Assembly (NCBI RefSeq): GCF_004010195.1
Contig: NW_025215344.1
Location: forward strand, 32,625 to 96,624
DNA length: 64,000 nucleotides
Reading direction: 5' to 3'
DNA from: Chiloscyllium plagiosum
Taxonomy: Eukaryota
Each line of letters starts with the position of its first letter. Positions within the stretch are counted from its first letter, which is position 1. A program made the position numbers and the translations under genes. Shown here in pieces: positions 1-12,821 of this stretch. Under the pieces are notes generated by a model, which worked only from the letters and a program-made list of their open reading frames with translations, was not told the origin of the DNA and did not search any database.

Positions 1-10
1 ACTCCACCTC

Positions 11-130
11 CAAACCCATCCAACATCACCCTCCGCCCGCCACCAACAGAGCACCCCGCCCGCCCCCAAACCCATCCAATATCACCCTCCGCCCGCGTCC
101 AACAGAGCATCCCGCCTGCCCCCAAACCCT
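11..130. repeat. 56-bp C-rich tandem repeat (about 2 copies, probably continuing upstream)
   Basis: caaaccc recurs at 11, 67 and 123 with matching intervening sequence. Confidence 0.7.
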
Positions 131-679
131 CCCTGTGAAACCACCTCCAATCCCCACACCCATCCCAGTCTGAGTCATCTGTTGCAGATCAGGACATTGG
201 TGTTTCTGTTACCTCTGGCACTCCGAGCAAATCTTCCTAATTGTGTCTATTCGTTCAGATCTCATCCTCTTCAGCCTCCTGAATCTTCTTCCTACCATTG
301 TAACCCTCCCTGTTTAGAACACAGCACAGTTTCTCTTGTACACACATCTTTCTGGTGACCAAATCTTATTTATCCCTGTGTCACAAGTTATTGCCGATAC
401 TTTGACAATTCCAAAAAAAACTGTAATTGACTTTTTCCCAGAAATTGCTGTCACAGCCTAATTCACTGGTGTACAGTTTTAGTTAAACTCTGTCCCTTTC
501 CCGTTCCCTTCTGCTTGTATTCAGTCACGTCCTTATGCTGTTCTGATGCTTCACCTTTTCTATTTGGATTTGGAAAGCTCCTTTCACCTGAACCCTGTCC
601 CTGCATCCTCTCTGTCAGTTTAAAGCCCTGTCCATAAACCTACCGACATGATTGGCCAGGACACTACTCCCTGCAGTGT

Positions 680-905
680 TGTTTTTATTTCACTCATGGG
701 ATGTTGCTGTCTCTGGCTGGCCAGCATTTCATGCCTGCCCTTGAGCTGAGTGGCTTGCCAGATCATTCCAGTGGGCAGTTGAGCGTCAACCTCCTTGCTC
801 TGGGTCTGGATTTATATGTAGGCCAGACCGGCAGCACATAACAGATTTCCTTACTTAAAGGGTATTAAGCAGTCAGATGGATATCCCTGCTACCGGCATT
901 AAATT
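680..905 (-). mobile_element. Degenerate SacSINE1/DeuSINE-like SINE with L2-type tail
   Basis: Reverse complement resembles the tail at 15490-15570 (gggcaataaatgctgg) and the body at 20110-20220 (ctggtctggcc..actccaga). Confidence 0.5.
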
Positions 906-1632
906 CTGGATGAAGAGTCGAGTGAGAGTAACACTAGGCCATTGCCTCGCCCACTGATAGCTCCCTCATCCCTTAGTACTGCTCCCAGTGCACCTTCTTC
1001 CTAACCGTGGTTTGATCCTGATTTCTTCCTGCACTCTGGTGATATCACGCAGTCTCTCTCCATGTGATATCTGTAACCGTGAGGGTCTAATTGTTGCCGG
1101 TGACCGTACCTTTTGCAGCTACTCCAGATCCTGAGGCAACAGAATTCTCCACTCCAGAGAGACCGGCAGCACAAGCCAGGGATGGAGACTGGAATATTCC
1201 AGATCTCTGTGGGCCTCGGTGCCATTCTCCATGTGTAATCCTGACTGCATCAGTCCAATTTCCCATTCTGTTCATTTCTCTGTATCCTGTAGGTACTCAG
1301 GATGCTCCTGACTCAGCAGAACTCCCAATTCCTGTTTCCTTCATCACCACATTGAAGACAGTCGGTCAGCCAGAGAGATGGAGAGAGAGAGATCTCAAGC
1401 CTTCAATAAACCCTGCAGTGAGGTAAGATCACTCAGTGAACAGAGCAGAGTGTATTTAAGGGATCGAACTTTGGTCCAGAAGACATGACATAGATACAGT
1501 GTTGAAGAACGAACACAGAGCACGATGGTCCCAGGCTCAATCCCCACCATCTTGTTAATTTTCATCTCTGCTGTACTGAGCCTTCCTCTGACAATATAGG
1601 AAGTTGACAGTTATCAATCCAGGCCTGTGCTG

Positions 1633-1716
1633 NNNNNNNNNNNNNNNNNNNNNNNNNNNNNNNNNNNNNNNNNNNNNNNNNNNNNNNNNNNNNNNNNNNN
1701 NNNNNNNNNNNNNNNN
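1633..1716. other. Assembly gap (84 N)
   Basis: Run of N. Confidence 0.99.
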
Positions 1717-1719
1717 ATC

Positions 1720-3960
1720 CTCCAGCCTGGACCAAAGTACCCACCTGTGTACCTTCCTTAATCTCCAAGAAAACATGATATCACTGTAACCTTCTGCAGG
1801 CCCTAAAACACTCCTGGCCTATAGCACCACACGACCTCAGTAACCTTCTCCCATCCTTACCGACCTCCTCATCCAGACCCTTTTCAAGCCGCAACAACAT
1901 TCCACATCTCTGTTCGCTCCTCCACTCCCTACAGCCCTCCCAGCACCTCAAGCATTCTCTCTTTGCGTAATTCTGCAATTTGGGGGAGCACGGTGGCTCA
2001 GTGGTGAGCAATGGCGCCTCACAGCGCCAGGGAGCCCAGGTTCGATTCCAGCGTTGGGTGACTGTCTGTGTGGAGCTTGCACATTCTTCCCTTGTCTGCG
2101 TGGGTTTCCTCTGGGTGCTCCGGTTTCCTCCCACAGTCCAAAGATGTGCAGGTCAGGTGGATTGGTCATTCTAAATTGCCCGTAGTGTTAGGTGCATTGC
2201 CAGCGAGAAGTGGGTCTGGGTGGGTTACCCTTTGGAGGGTCGGTGTGGCCTTGTTGGGCCGAAGTACCTGTTCCCATGCTGTAAGGAATCTAATCTAAAC
2301 TCTCCCTCTGTGTTCCATTTTACTGTCCCTAAATATATCCCTCTATCCAGAAACAGCCCCAAACCCTTCAAACCTCCAAGTCTCTGTGAACTCCCACAGC
2401 TCCAACATCCCTCCTTAACTGTGTAACCTTTTCCAGTCCTTAAACACTCTGAAAATGTGGGCATCCTACAATCCTCCCTATCTGCGTAATCCTCTCAGGT
2501 CCCTGCAACACCCCCGATCTGTGGAACCAACTCCAATGCTTGTAACTCTCCCGATCAGTTTCTACAAGACTTACTGTCTATGTAACATTCTGCCGTCGCT
2601 ATCACCAGCCCTGTCAATGTAAGCTCCTCTCGTCTCTCCCATCAATCTAATCATCGCCCTAACCTTCTCCAGCTCTTACACCCCTATCTGTGTAAAGGTT
2701 ACACTCCCCTACTACCATCCCTAAAGCAGTGAGTGCAATGCTCCCTATCTGTGTTAGTGCCTGCAGGCTCTATTGCTGTTCCTGTCTCTGTGAGCTCTGA
2801 CAGATTGTCCAACTTTCCGGTCCATATAATTTCCAGACCTCAGCATCTGACATCAGCAAATGTCTTCATTAACTACAGCCTTCCATATCTCTGTTCGTTC
2901 CTCAATTCCATACAACTTCATAATCTCTGTAAATAGCAACATTCCATAAAATACTTCCTGTCTGTGTAAACTACCCCAATCCTACACTGAGAAGCCTCAC
3001 TGTCCTTTTGATGACCCGTAGTCCCTTCAGATCTCCCTGTATCTTTCCTGACTCCATTGAATACTGCTCATCTCATGTTATAATTCCTCTAACTCATATG
3101 TTACTCCCCATCTCTGTGATATTCTTCAGTTACTGCATTTCTCATTCTTTATCTCCAGAGCTTCCAATCCCCCTGATCGATGTAAGGTTATTTATCCCTT
3201 GCAGCATGTTTAACACCTGTAGCAGCCTCCAACTCCTCAATAACTCCTGTTGCTGTAACCTCCTCAAATACTACAGCTCACTGTCTTTGTAATATCTTCC
3301 AGTGTCTGCAACCCTGTCAATTTCTGTCACCTCCTCCAGAACAGCACTCCACATCTCTGTGTAACTGATGGGAATGCTGTAAACCTGCCTTCACAGTCCT
3401 CTCTAGCTCTCTGAACGACTGCAGCCTGAGAACCCTCAGCATCTCTGGCTCCTCCAATCCCTACACTTCTCCCTGGCTGTGTGAACTGAACCAACTCCTT
3501 CAACCCTCCCTATCTCACTCGTGCAGCTCCAACTATTGTCCATGTCAGTGTAATTCCCAGCACCAACAATCCTCTATAAACTCCTGCAGCTCCAACTACC
3601 ACCCAAATCTGTGTAAACTCCAGTCCGTCCAATCCTCCCAGTCTCTATAAACCCCTGTAGCTCCAACTACCACTAATATCTCTGTAATCTCCAGACCTGA
3701 CAACAACCCCTCCTTCTCTGTATCTCCTGTAGCTCCAATGACCACCCCATCTATGTAATCTCTAATCCCTATATTCCTCCTGATCTCTGTAACTCCTTCA
3801 GAACTGATAACCCTGTAACTCTCCTTGACATTTTCAGCCCGCCAACCATCTGATCTCTAACCACCAACAGTGATCTCAAATCACCCGAACTCTGTAACAT
3901 CCTCCAGTCTCTCCAACCCAGCTTTTCTCTGTTAGCTTCTCTGGTATCTGTATTCCCCCT
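1720..3960 (+). repeat. Highly degenerate C/T-rich tandem repeat (core ccctatctctgtaacctcctccag), interrupted by a SINE
   Basis: Many recurrences of tctctgtaa/ctgtaac/ctcctccag-like words with strong C/T skew. Confidence 0.65.
1985..2298 (+). mobile_element. HE1-type tRNA-derived SINE, near full length
   Basis: A box ggtggctcagtgg, B box ggttcgattcc, V-domain gggtttcct..gggtgctccggtttcctcccacagtccaaaga, tail ttgggccgaag..ctgt and aatct repeats. Confidence 0.9.
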
Positions 3961-4009
3961 TTATCTCCAGTTACAGATCCTTGCTCAGGAGAAAATGTCT
4001 CAGTACCTA

Positions 4010-5165
4010 ATCTGTAAGAACACAAGAATCTTCGGTGTATCAATACTTTTGCCTCATTTTCTAAATTTTAACGACTGCATGTTCAACCTTCTCCACCTCT
4101 TCTCATCAATATCCCTCCATTTTGAAGATCAGCCTGGTGAACCCTCTCTGGGCTGCTTCCAATGCAAGGACATTTTCCCTCCAGATCGGGGACCAAACCT
4201 GTTCACAGTATTCTCAGTGTGGGCTGATTGGAGTCCTCGACAGTTATTACAAGCCTTCCCTATTTTTATTCTCCATTCCCTTTGGAATCAATGCCAGCAT
4301 TCCATTTGCCTTCTCTGTGTCCTGCTCGCCCTGTATGCCACCTTTCTGAGATTTATACACAAGGATTCCCACGTTACTCCGTGGTGTAGCTTTCTGCAGT
4401 TGATCTGAAACCAAGAGGTGACAGCAATAATCAGAAAAATGTTGGAATGTATGGTAAACGATATGCCAGAAATGATAACTGGATAGTTAAAAACCTATGG
4501 AAAAAGCGCAGTCCATTTATAGGAGTAGAATTAAGTCATTCGGTCCAACGGGTCTACTCCACTAATCGATTATTGCTGAATTGTTTCTCAACCCCATTCT
4601 CTCACTTACTCCCTGGAACCATTGATCTCCTTACTCATCAAGATCCTGGCTATCTCTGAGTTAGATATGTTAAATCACTTAGCACCCACAGCCCCATGAG
4701 GTAGTGAGTTCAACAGATCCATCACCCTCTGACTGAATAAATTCCTCCACATCTCTATTCTAAAGGGTATTCCCTTCACTCTGAAGCTGTGCCCTTGGCA
4801 CGTAGTCTCTCCTGCTCGTGGAAACATCTTGCCCACGTCCACACCATCCAGGCCCCTCAGTATTCTGTAAGTTTGAATGAGATTTTGCCGCTGCCTCTGA
4901 AACTTCATCAAGTGCAGACCCAGAGACTTCACCTGCTCCTCATATAACACGAATTTCATCCCTGAGATCTTTCTTGGAAACCCATTTCTCGTACCCCTTC
5001 ACATCCTTTGTCCAGACTCTGAATGAATAACATGTAGAGTGTAGTCCCAACACTGACCCCTGCGGAGCTCCCCTCATCACCAGTTCCCATTGTGAAAAAG
5101 ACCCCTTTCTTCACACTCTGTCTTGTACAAATCGGACAAATCCTCTATCCATGTTCAGCACGTTG
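4010..5165 (-). mobile_element. CR1-clade LINE 3' fragments (two pieces)
   Basis: Minus ORF 4675-4959 (NLIQTYRILRGLDGVDVGKMFP..GHSFRV..FSQRV..NSLP) is the typical CR1 ORF2 C-terminus. Confidence 0.8.
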
Positions 5166-5239
5166 TTCTGAAACGGAAATTTCATTTCACACACACTGCT
5201 GGATTTATTTTTTTGTCTGGCTGTAAACAGCAGAATATC

Positions 5240-5600
5240 ACCATTACCTTCCCATCTGTAATTCCCTGGAGAAGGTATGGTGAGCTGCCTTCCTCATCCA
5301 CTGCCGTCCTTTAGGTGTTGGGACAGACACAGTGCTGGGAGGATGGAGTGTGGCTTGAAGGGCACCTTGGAAATGCTGGTGTTCCCATGCAGCTGGATCT
5401 CCTGTCCTTCCAGGGTATAGTGGTTCCGGATTTGTAAAGTGCTGTTGAAAGAGCCTGCCTGAGTGACCTCACTGCTACTTGTAGATCTTTTATTCCTTCA
5501 TTCATTCACAGACATGAACTTTGATGGCTGAGTCAGCAGTTCTTGTTGATTTTGTGTCGTTCCTGAGAAGGTGGTGAGCTGCCTTCCTGAGCCACTGCAC
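5240..5600 (-). mobile_element. L2-type LINE 3' fragments
   Basis: Reverse-complement similarity to the LINE end at 15218-15570 (gagaaggtggtgagctgccttc, gttcccatg). Confidence 0.6.
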
Positions 5601-6544
5601 CAGCCGTTGGAAATTCTGATCACCTAAAATCTCTCCCTTTTTAAATTTGTCACCCCTTCAGCTTCTGTAACTCTCCATATAACTGTAATCAATGACAGCA
5701 CAGATTCCCTTCCTAAATCTCTATAATTACAATGATAACGTGTGCTAAATTGGCACTTTTCGTCCTCTTTATCCATCTCATGACTTTCAGCCCCTACAAT
5801 CCCACTATTTGGAATGCTTCCATTCTCTGCACCTTTCATGTCTTGAGGGACCTTGAACACCACCAGTGCTTGAAAGTTTATATTCCGCCCAGTTACTGCA
5901 AGTCTTCTAACTCTGTAACATCCAACAGTCTCCAGTACCATACAACACTTGCTGGCTCTCAATTTGCATTTGTTGAAGTCTACGCATCTCTGTTAGCAGC
6001 TCAGAAAAAGCCCTTTAGACTCTACAAAGCTCCATCATGAACAAGCCACAATCTTTCTATTTCCTTTGCCTTCTTCTGTGTCTTCAACTCTCACTCTATC
6101 TTCCAGTAAACCTCTTTAGTTGCTGCAGGTCTCCCTCGCTCTCCAGATAACCTGTTCCATCCCATACAGCTCGCTCAATCACCCTCTCCTCTGTCTAATC
6201 CTCCTTTTTTCCACTGTCTTCCAGGCACAACAGCGATCCTGTAAGAGAGCAGTGCAGAACGGGCTGTTATAAATCTCAGCTGAGGCTTGAGGCCTGCCAT
6301 AACCTGGGAGTCACAAAGGGAGAGACCCTGAGAGAGAGCAGTAGAATATTAATCAGCAGCGAGGATCAAGGCCAACTGGGACTTGGAGTTGGAGAAACAG
6401 CAGAGCAGGAGGCTCGAAATCAACAGGGAGTGACCATGTGAGGGAGCAACATGGAGCCGGAGCTTGAGGCTCACTCACGTCTCGGAGGTGAATGCACCAA
6501 CATGGGACGATATAAATCAGCACTGAGGATCGAGGCCTAGTCAT

Positions 6545-6975
6545 GCCTGGGATTCACAGAGATGGTGACCCAGTGAGGGAGCAGAGTGTAATGGGAGCTG
6601 GAGGATTACACGTCCCTGGGAGTCACAGAGACGGTGACGCTGTGAGGGAGCAGAGTGTAGTGGGAGCTGGAGGATTACACGTCCCTGGAAGTCACAGAGA
6701 CGGTGACGCTGTGAGGGAGCAGAGTAGAGTGGGAGCTGGAGGATTACATGTCCCTGTGAGTCACAGAGACGGTGACCCTATGAGGGAGCAGACTGGAGGG
6801 GGAGCTGGAGGATTGCACACCCCTGGCGGTCACAGAGATGGTGACCCTGTGAGGGAGCAGAGTGGAGTGGGAGCTGGAGGATTATATGTAGCTGGGAGTC
6901 ACAGAGATGGTGACCATGTGAGGGAGCAGAGTGGAGTGGGAGCTGGAGGATTACACATATCTGGGAGTCACGGAG
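6545..6975. repeat. 69-bp minisatellite, about 6 copies, with degenerate copies from about 6300
   Basis: gaggattacac at 6601, 6670 and onward; gives the 23-aa repeat in ORF 6543-7019. Confidence 0.9.
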
Positions 6976-7329
6976 AAAACCTTCTGCTGTTGGGACCTGC
7001 CTGCACTGAGTTTGATTGAAGTGCAAGAGCCATCGCAGAAAAGGCTGTATGTTCATTGGCTGATAAATACACCGTTATTAGTAACTGTCAGTTAATTGCT
7101 GTAAGTCAGCAAATTTATTTTTTAACTTCTGAAGTAAAGATTGATCTCAGAAATATGAGGGGGATGTGAAATTCTGAACCAGTATAATAAATTACGCTCA
7201 GTAAGCCACATTGGAATAAGGGACTGAACCATACTATGATGTCCCTGATGTTAACTTAATTCTAAGTAATTAAGTAAGTTAGTCTAGACATGTTGCATTT
7301 TAAGACATGGCAAGGCATGTTTGTCAAAT

Positions 7330-8330
7330 GGAAAATGTGTTCTGTTACATGGGAAGTCCGAGCGCCTGCTCATGTCCTCGATGAACACTGGGTCGTAGAG
7401 CTCAGATAGTGACTAGAGACTCTGTCATGATGAGAGTTATGGGGATAGCACACACACAGAACAGACCACCCTGCAGACATGACAGCCTGGAATAAGTAAG
7501 GGATGGGGTCGAGGCAATCGAAGAGAAACAGCCAGGGAATCCAGGTTTAGCCTGACGTCTCCCTCCCAATTCAGTTTCCCATTTCGGAAGCTGATGAAGG
7601 TGCAGTCAGAGCCATGTCAGTGGCCCCACAAGCAGCCTGACTGTATAGGAGTGGAGGGAGAAGGAAGGAGGAGCAATAGTCACAGAGGAGTCAGGAAAGT
7701 GAAGAAGGTGTCAGCGTGTCTGTAATTCCAGGATAGTGGGGTTAAGAATGTTACTGTGTCTGCACGACAATTGTCTGGTGGCCAGTCAAAGGTCATGTCC
7801 ACGTTGGTAGGGATGGCATGGGTAGGAAGAGTGAAGTGGTCTGGGAATCAGAATTTAGGGAGCTCGGTGGATGGTTAGCAAATGGAACTCAAATGTATCA
7901 ATCCCTGGAATACTCCCAGGGCCGTGTACAAGTGAGAACAGGCCTTGGAGTTTTAGGTAGACGAGAGTGTGACTGGAACGATGGTGCAGCAGGAAGGGCT
8001 TCAGATTCCTGCGTCATTGGGACTGATTCTGGGGAAGGCAGCAACTCTACAAACTGGATGGGCTCACATGTGACAGAGCTGGGACTGAATTGAGAGTGAG
8101 AAACATGAGTTGACTGAGAGCAGCCTTCAATAAGGCAAGAATGAAGCTGGGAACTTGTCAACAAGGCCAGTGAAATTGTAGCTTTAAATAGCTAGGTCAG
8201 ATGGAGCTGGGATTGTAGAGATGTGGCTGCAGTGTGACCACGACTGAGAACTGGATAATCAAAGGTTTTCCCCATTTCTAAAGGAAGGATAAATAGGCCA
8301 ACACAGTGAAGTAGTATTGTGTATCAATAT
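7330..8330 (+). mobile_element. CR1 LINE 5' part: ORF1 (SGNH esterase) remnant and start of ORF2
   Basis: GRKSEVVWESEFRELG and GFRFL.HW..FWG...YKLDG-like sequence matches the CR1 ORF1 esterase; frameshifted. Confidence 0.7.
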
Positions 8331-8429
8331 TATTGTGACGCTAATCAATTCACACGTTGATCCACTCTTTCCTCATCCCTCATCTCTGCGTATTGATCCT
8401 ATCAGATATTGGTAACCTTTGAAAACTTC

Positions 8430-9560
8430 AGCAAATAGCACAGTATAGAGGAGATGACTCTGTCCACTGTCTGCATTGGACAAGATGTAACGTTTGTTAA
8501 AGCCCTAGTTCTGTCTCCCCGGACAGTGTAGGACTTCAGGTGCAGATCACGGCACCTTTTTAAAATGGTTTGAGAATTTCTGCATCTACTCCGCTTCCAT
8601 GTGTGACTCCCAGGTCCCTACCATACTCTGGGTGAAATAACAACTTTCCTCACACTTCTCTAATATTTCATCCAATTACATTAAAGATTCACCGCTGGTA
8701 ATTGAGCTCTCCAACAGCAACAAGATGTTGTCTCCCTTTCTACCCATGTCCCTGACAATATGTGCACCCCAATCAAATCTCCTCTCAGCATCCTCTGTTC
8801 CAATCTTTCCTCATAACTGCACTTCCCCGTTCACAGGGTGGAGAATCTCCTCTGTACCCTCTCCAGTCCAATTCCATCCTTCCATGTGATGGAGTGACCA
8901 GAACTGTACACAGTCCCCAAGCTGTGACTGAACTCATTACTTATACAGTTCCTGCATAAGCTTCCAGCTCTGAAGTTCATTATTTTGTCTGATAGAGGAA
9001 ATAACGCCATTTGCTACAATAACAAGATTATTGATGTTTCAGCCACCTTCGTTTATCTGCCCACACTGACCATATTCTCATTTTATTGTACATTCCTCTG
9101 TATTGTTGATGTCCCCAAATGCCTTGCCTTGCACTTCTCTGGGTTGTTCGCTCCATTCACCTGGACCCCATACTTTCTGTTTTTAAACAGTCTGCCTTGG
9201 GCTCTCTCGTTAAATCCAAGTAAGTCACATGCAGTTACAGGTTAGTGCCTCAAACCGACACGGTCAGATTAATTACGCACGATCTTCCTTGAATAAATCC
9301 AGACCGACTGTCCAGGAGTCCCTGGGACTTCCTCAGTGACCGTTTATCCACTGTCTCAGAATTCCAGCCTGTATACTTTCGGTCAATCCCTTGCTCCACA
9401 TTAAACAAAGCTGCAGTGTAAGCCATTCTCCAGTCCTCCGGCACCATCCCTGCATCCATTGAGGATTGGATAATGTGAGTAACTATAAGGAAGCAAATTT
9501 TCCCCGGCTTCTTTTAACAGTCTGGAACATTGTGTTACCCCATTTTAAGGATTTGAATCT
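8430..9560 (-). mobile_element. CR1 LINE ORF2 fragments
   Basis: VPEDWRMA..LF and GFIQGRSC..NL motifs in minus ORF 9250-9459; CR1-like 3' end near 8440. Confidence 0.75.
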
Positions 9561-9637
9561 CCTGTAAAATTCTCCGCTCCAAGTTTGTCGCTCCCAACAT
9601 TTAACACTGCATCCCTATTTTGATTCAGACAGACAGA

Positions 9638-11100
9638 GGCCTGAACCATCTTGTGATTTGGTCAAGTCTCATTTTAGTCCAGTTTCATGGAGAGTTTCTC
9701 TCCACAAGGTGAAGTGCATTTTCTCATGATACAATCCGCAATCTGCCTCATTAACTCCCCTCCCTGCCTGCGTGGTTATCTTCTCAACTGACACTAACAC
9801 GATGATTTTCCCCTTCGTCATAACAACTGCCCACTGCCTGGATATCCCAGAGTGCACCAGCCTCCCTGTTCTCGGTGCCATTATTAAAATGACAGTACAA
9901 TCTTAGATTGGCAAGCCAAAACTGGCCTGGACATGGCAGACACGGTAAACCTGGGGCCACACTTTGTGGCCAAGCCCCTGAAGTTCTGGTGGATGACATG
10001 TTGCAGGAGAGGGACATTATCTTCCTCCAGGAGTGGCAGGGGAGGCCACAACACCAGACCCTGCCAGCTTGGTCCGAAGCTGACTCCTGGGTCAGTGAGG
10101 TGCCAGCCTTCTGGGTGAATGCCCAGCAATGTAGGAAGGAGGTCAGTGATCTTCTCCCCTCCACCAGGGTAAGTGCAACCATCTGCACTTCGTGCCCTCT
10201 CCCTCACTCTCTGTGTTACTGCACCCACCTCCCACCAAGGTGCATGTTCTCCCACTCTCCGTAAATGCAGCATCTTCTCTTGGTCTCTCTCTAACCTCTT
10301 CTCTGTCCCTCTGCCCAACTCTGCCTGGTGTCTGTGCTGCCCACTCACTCACTCAGGACACCTCCCCACTTTTCCCTCAGCTGTCCCAGCACAAACACCA
10401 ACCTTTTCCATCTCCTTTAATACCTCTTGCTAATTTTCACATTCCAGATGGAACCATCCCACAATAGAGATGGGCCAAGAGGATTAAGGGTCTCTCCAAC
10501 ATTCAGCTCCTCACCCCCTCACAGGAGATGTATCCTGACCCTAACAACCACGACAGGCTGACTTACCGTGTCCAAGCTCCCGGACTGGGATCTGAGACCC
10601 CCCCCACCCGACTCACTGTGCTGGGCACCGTGACTGACTGGACAATGATATCAAGCTTCCTGGTTTGTGTCTGTGCTCAACACCAAGACAATACAGCAGG
10701 CGTGTGAGCCTGGTAGCTCTGGCTGAGGGGAAACACTGCTGAGGGCAGGGTAAGGCAAGGCAATAATTCTTTGAGCATTCAAGTCAGCTCAAAGTGAATG
10801 TGTACGAACAAGAACTGAGCAGCCCATGAGCTGGGGGTGTGTCCCTGAGCACAGTGTCCTTGCAGCAGCATTGTAATGAGATTTGTCAGTGCACCATGAA
10901 CTGCAGCATTGAAGTACACGTGTACTGTCAGTGGGTCGGAGATGTGCTGAGATGGCATGGTGAGGCTGGCATGTGTCAGATGCCAGCATCGGGGATGTGG
11001 CATACGTGCAGCTTCTGTTAGTGCAGTGTCCCCTGAGACGTTGGTGTCCAAGATAGAAGGCCGTAGGAGCGAGGGTCTAGATGGAGTTACCAGTTACCAG
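9638..11100 (+). mobile_element. Degenerate PIF/Harbinger-type DNA transposon
   Basis: Contains a Myb/SANT-like exon; terminal region 9638-9900 is similar in reverse complement to 43140-43427; right boundary uncertain. Confidence 0.6.
9933..10168 (+). pseudogene. Myb/SANT-like DNA-binding domain exon (Harbinger Myb protein, NAIF1/MSANTD-like), frameshifted
   Basis: MADTVNLGPHFVAKP, frameshift, then EVLVDDMLQERDIIF..PQHQTLPAWSE..VS..NAQQCRKEVSDLLPSTR followed by donor GTAAGT at 10169. Confidence 0.7.
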
Positions 11101-11239
11101 CTCGGACTTTCACGTCAAATTCTCCGTATTGAGTTTCCCAACAGTGGAAGGGAGGACATGAACCTGCAAGTTGATGAGGAGAGATCAACAATAATGTGGT
11201 TATTGATCATCAGTAATCATTCACTGAGCATCTCACCAC

Positions 11240-12445
11240 TGCTGCACACAAATCTTGACTTAACGAACAGTCCAGCACTGGAAAAGGTCCTTCAGCCCAG
11301 CAAGCCTATACTGACACATGATGCCCTTCTAAAGTTAAAACGAAAGTTTTTGCTTCTACACGTTCTATGTAATTCTATTCGTTGCTGTCTCTACTCTATC
11401 AAGATGCCTCTTAAACCTTGCTATTTTAGCTTCTTCCCCTTTTATCAGTGTATTCCAGTCACTTTCACATTTTATCTGGAAAAGCAAAAAAAGAACTTGC
11501 CGAGTATATCTCCTGAGCTTTCTCCTTTACCTAAAACCTACGGTCCTGAGTAATTGATATTTCTACTCTGGGAATAAGTCTTTAACTGTCCTTCTCTCTA
11601 TGTCTCTGATAATTTTGTAAATATCTACCACGTAGCCCCATAGCCAATGATGCCCAGCTGCACACAAATCATGTTTGTTCAATTTCTCCTTCTTGCTAAT
11701 ACCATCCAAACCAGACAACATCCTGGTAAAACGTTTCCATACCCTCTCCAACACTTTCACATCGTTCTGCTGGTGTGGCAACCAGTACTGTACACAATTT
11801 TCGAAATGTGCCCAAACTAAGTTTCTCGACAGCTGCAATATGACCTGCTAATTTTCATGTTGTCTGCTCTGATGCTTGTCTGCAAGTTTGCCATCAGTCT
11901 TCTTGATCACCCTATCCACCCGTGTTGTTACTTTCCGGGAACTGTGGAGCTGTACACCTCGGTCCCTTTGGATGTTGATGCAGCCAGTAGTTTTTCCATC
12001 CACTGTATACTTCTCTCCTGCATTAGACCTTCTAAAATGCATCACGTCGCAACTGTCCAGATAAAGTTACATCTGTGTTTTCTCTGTCCAAGTCTGCAGC
12101 TGACCGACATCCTGCTGCAATCTCTGGCAATCATCCTCACAAGCTGCAACTCCGCCAATCTATTTACAGATCTCCAGTCACAAAAACACTGATCCACCAA
12201 TACTGTCTTCTATGACCAAGCCGTTCTCTCTCCATCTTACTGACTGACCACTGATCCCATTTCACTTCACCTTCTACATGAGCCTGCCATAAGGAACCAT
12301 ATCAAAGGCCTTGCTAAGGTCCAAACGGCCAACATCCAGCCCCATGCCCACATCAATCAATTGTCTCACTTCCTCAAAATAATCAAGTTTGTAAGACAGG
12401 ATATTCCCCACAAAACTGTGTTGCCTGTTGCGAGTAAGTCCATGC
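11240..12445 (-). mobile_element. CR1/HER1-like LINE ORF2 3' half
   Basis: ORFs 11563-11838 (LVWAHFENCVQYW.P..LERVWKRFTRM) and 11848-12045 (MHFRRSN..QRDRGVQLH). Confidence 0.85.
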
Positions 12446-12516
12446 TAGAATACTGTTGGAGCTGCACTCATTCAGACAAGTGTTTATTCCATCACATTCC
12501 TGACTTGAACCTTGGA

Positions 12517-12821
12517 GATTAGATTAGATTCCCTACAGTGTGGAATCAGGCCTTCAGCCCAACCAGTGCACACCAACCCTCAGAAGAGTAACCCACCCAG
12601 ACCCATTCCCCTGCACGACATTGAACCCTGACTAATGCACCAAACACGATGGGCAGTTTAGAATGACCAATTCACCTGACCTGCACATCTTTGGACTGTG
12701 GGTGGAAACCGGAGATCCCGGAGGAAACCCACGCAGACACGGGGTAAATGTGAAAACTCCACACAGACAGTCACCCAAGGCCAGAATTGAACCGAGGACT
12801 TAGGTGAGGCAGCAGTGCAAA
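12517..12821 (-). mobile_element. HE1-type SINE
   Basis: Reverse complement of the SINE at 1985; gattagattag tail and ggaaacccacgcagacac V-domain. Confidence 0.9.

Noticed and set aside
213..310. Minus-strand exon with AG and GTAAC boundaries
   Set aside because: One open frame (RVTMVGRRFRRLKRMRSERIDTIRKICSECQ) but no recognisable family or neighbouring exons
6543..7019. 158-aa repeat protein CDS
   Set aside because: The open frame is explained by a 69-bp (23-codon) minisatellite; no gene structure or recognisable domain
10779..11051. Harbinger transposase C-terminus on the minus strand
   Set aside because: Only a faint resemblance (HYNAAARTL); no DDE motifs recognisable
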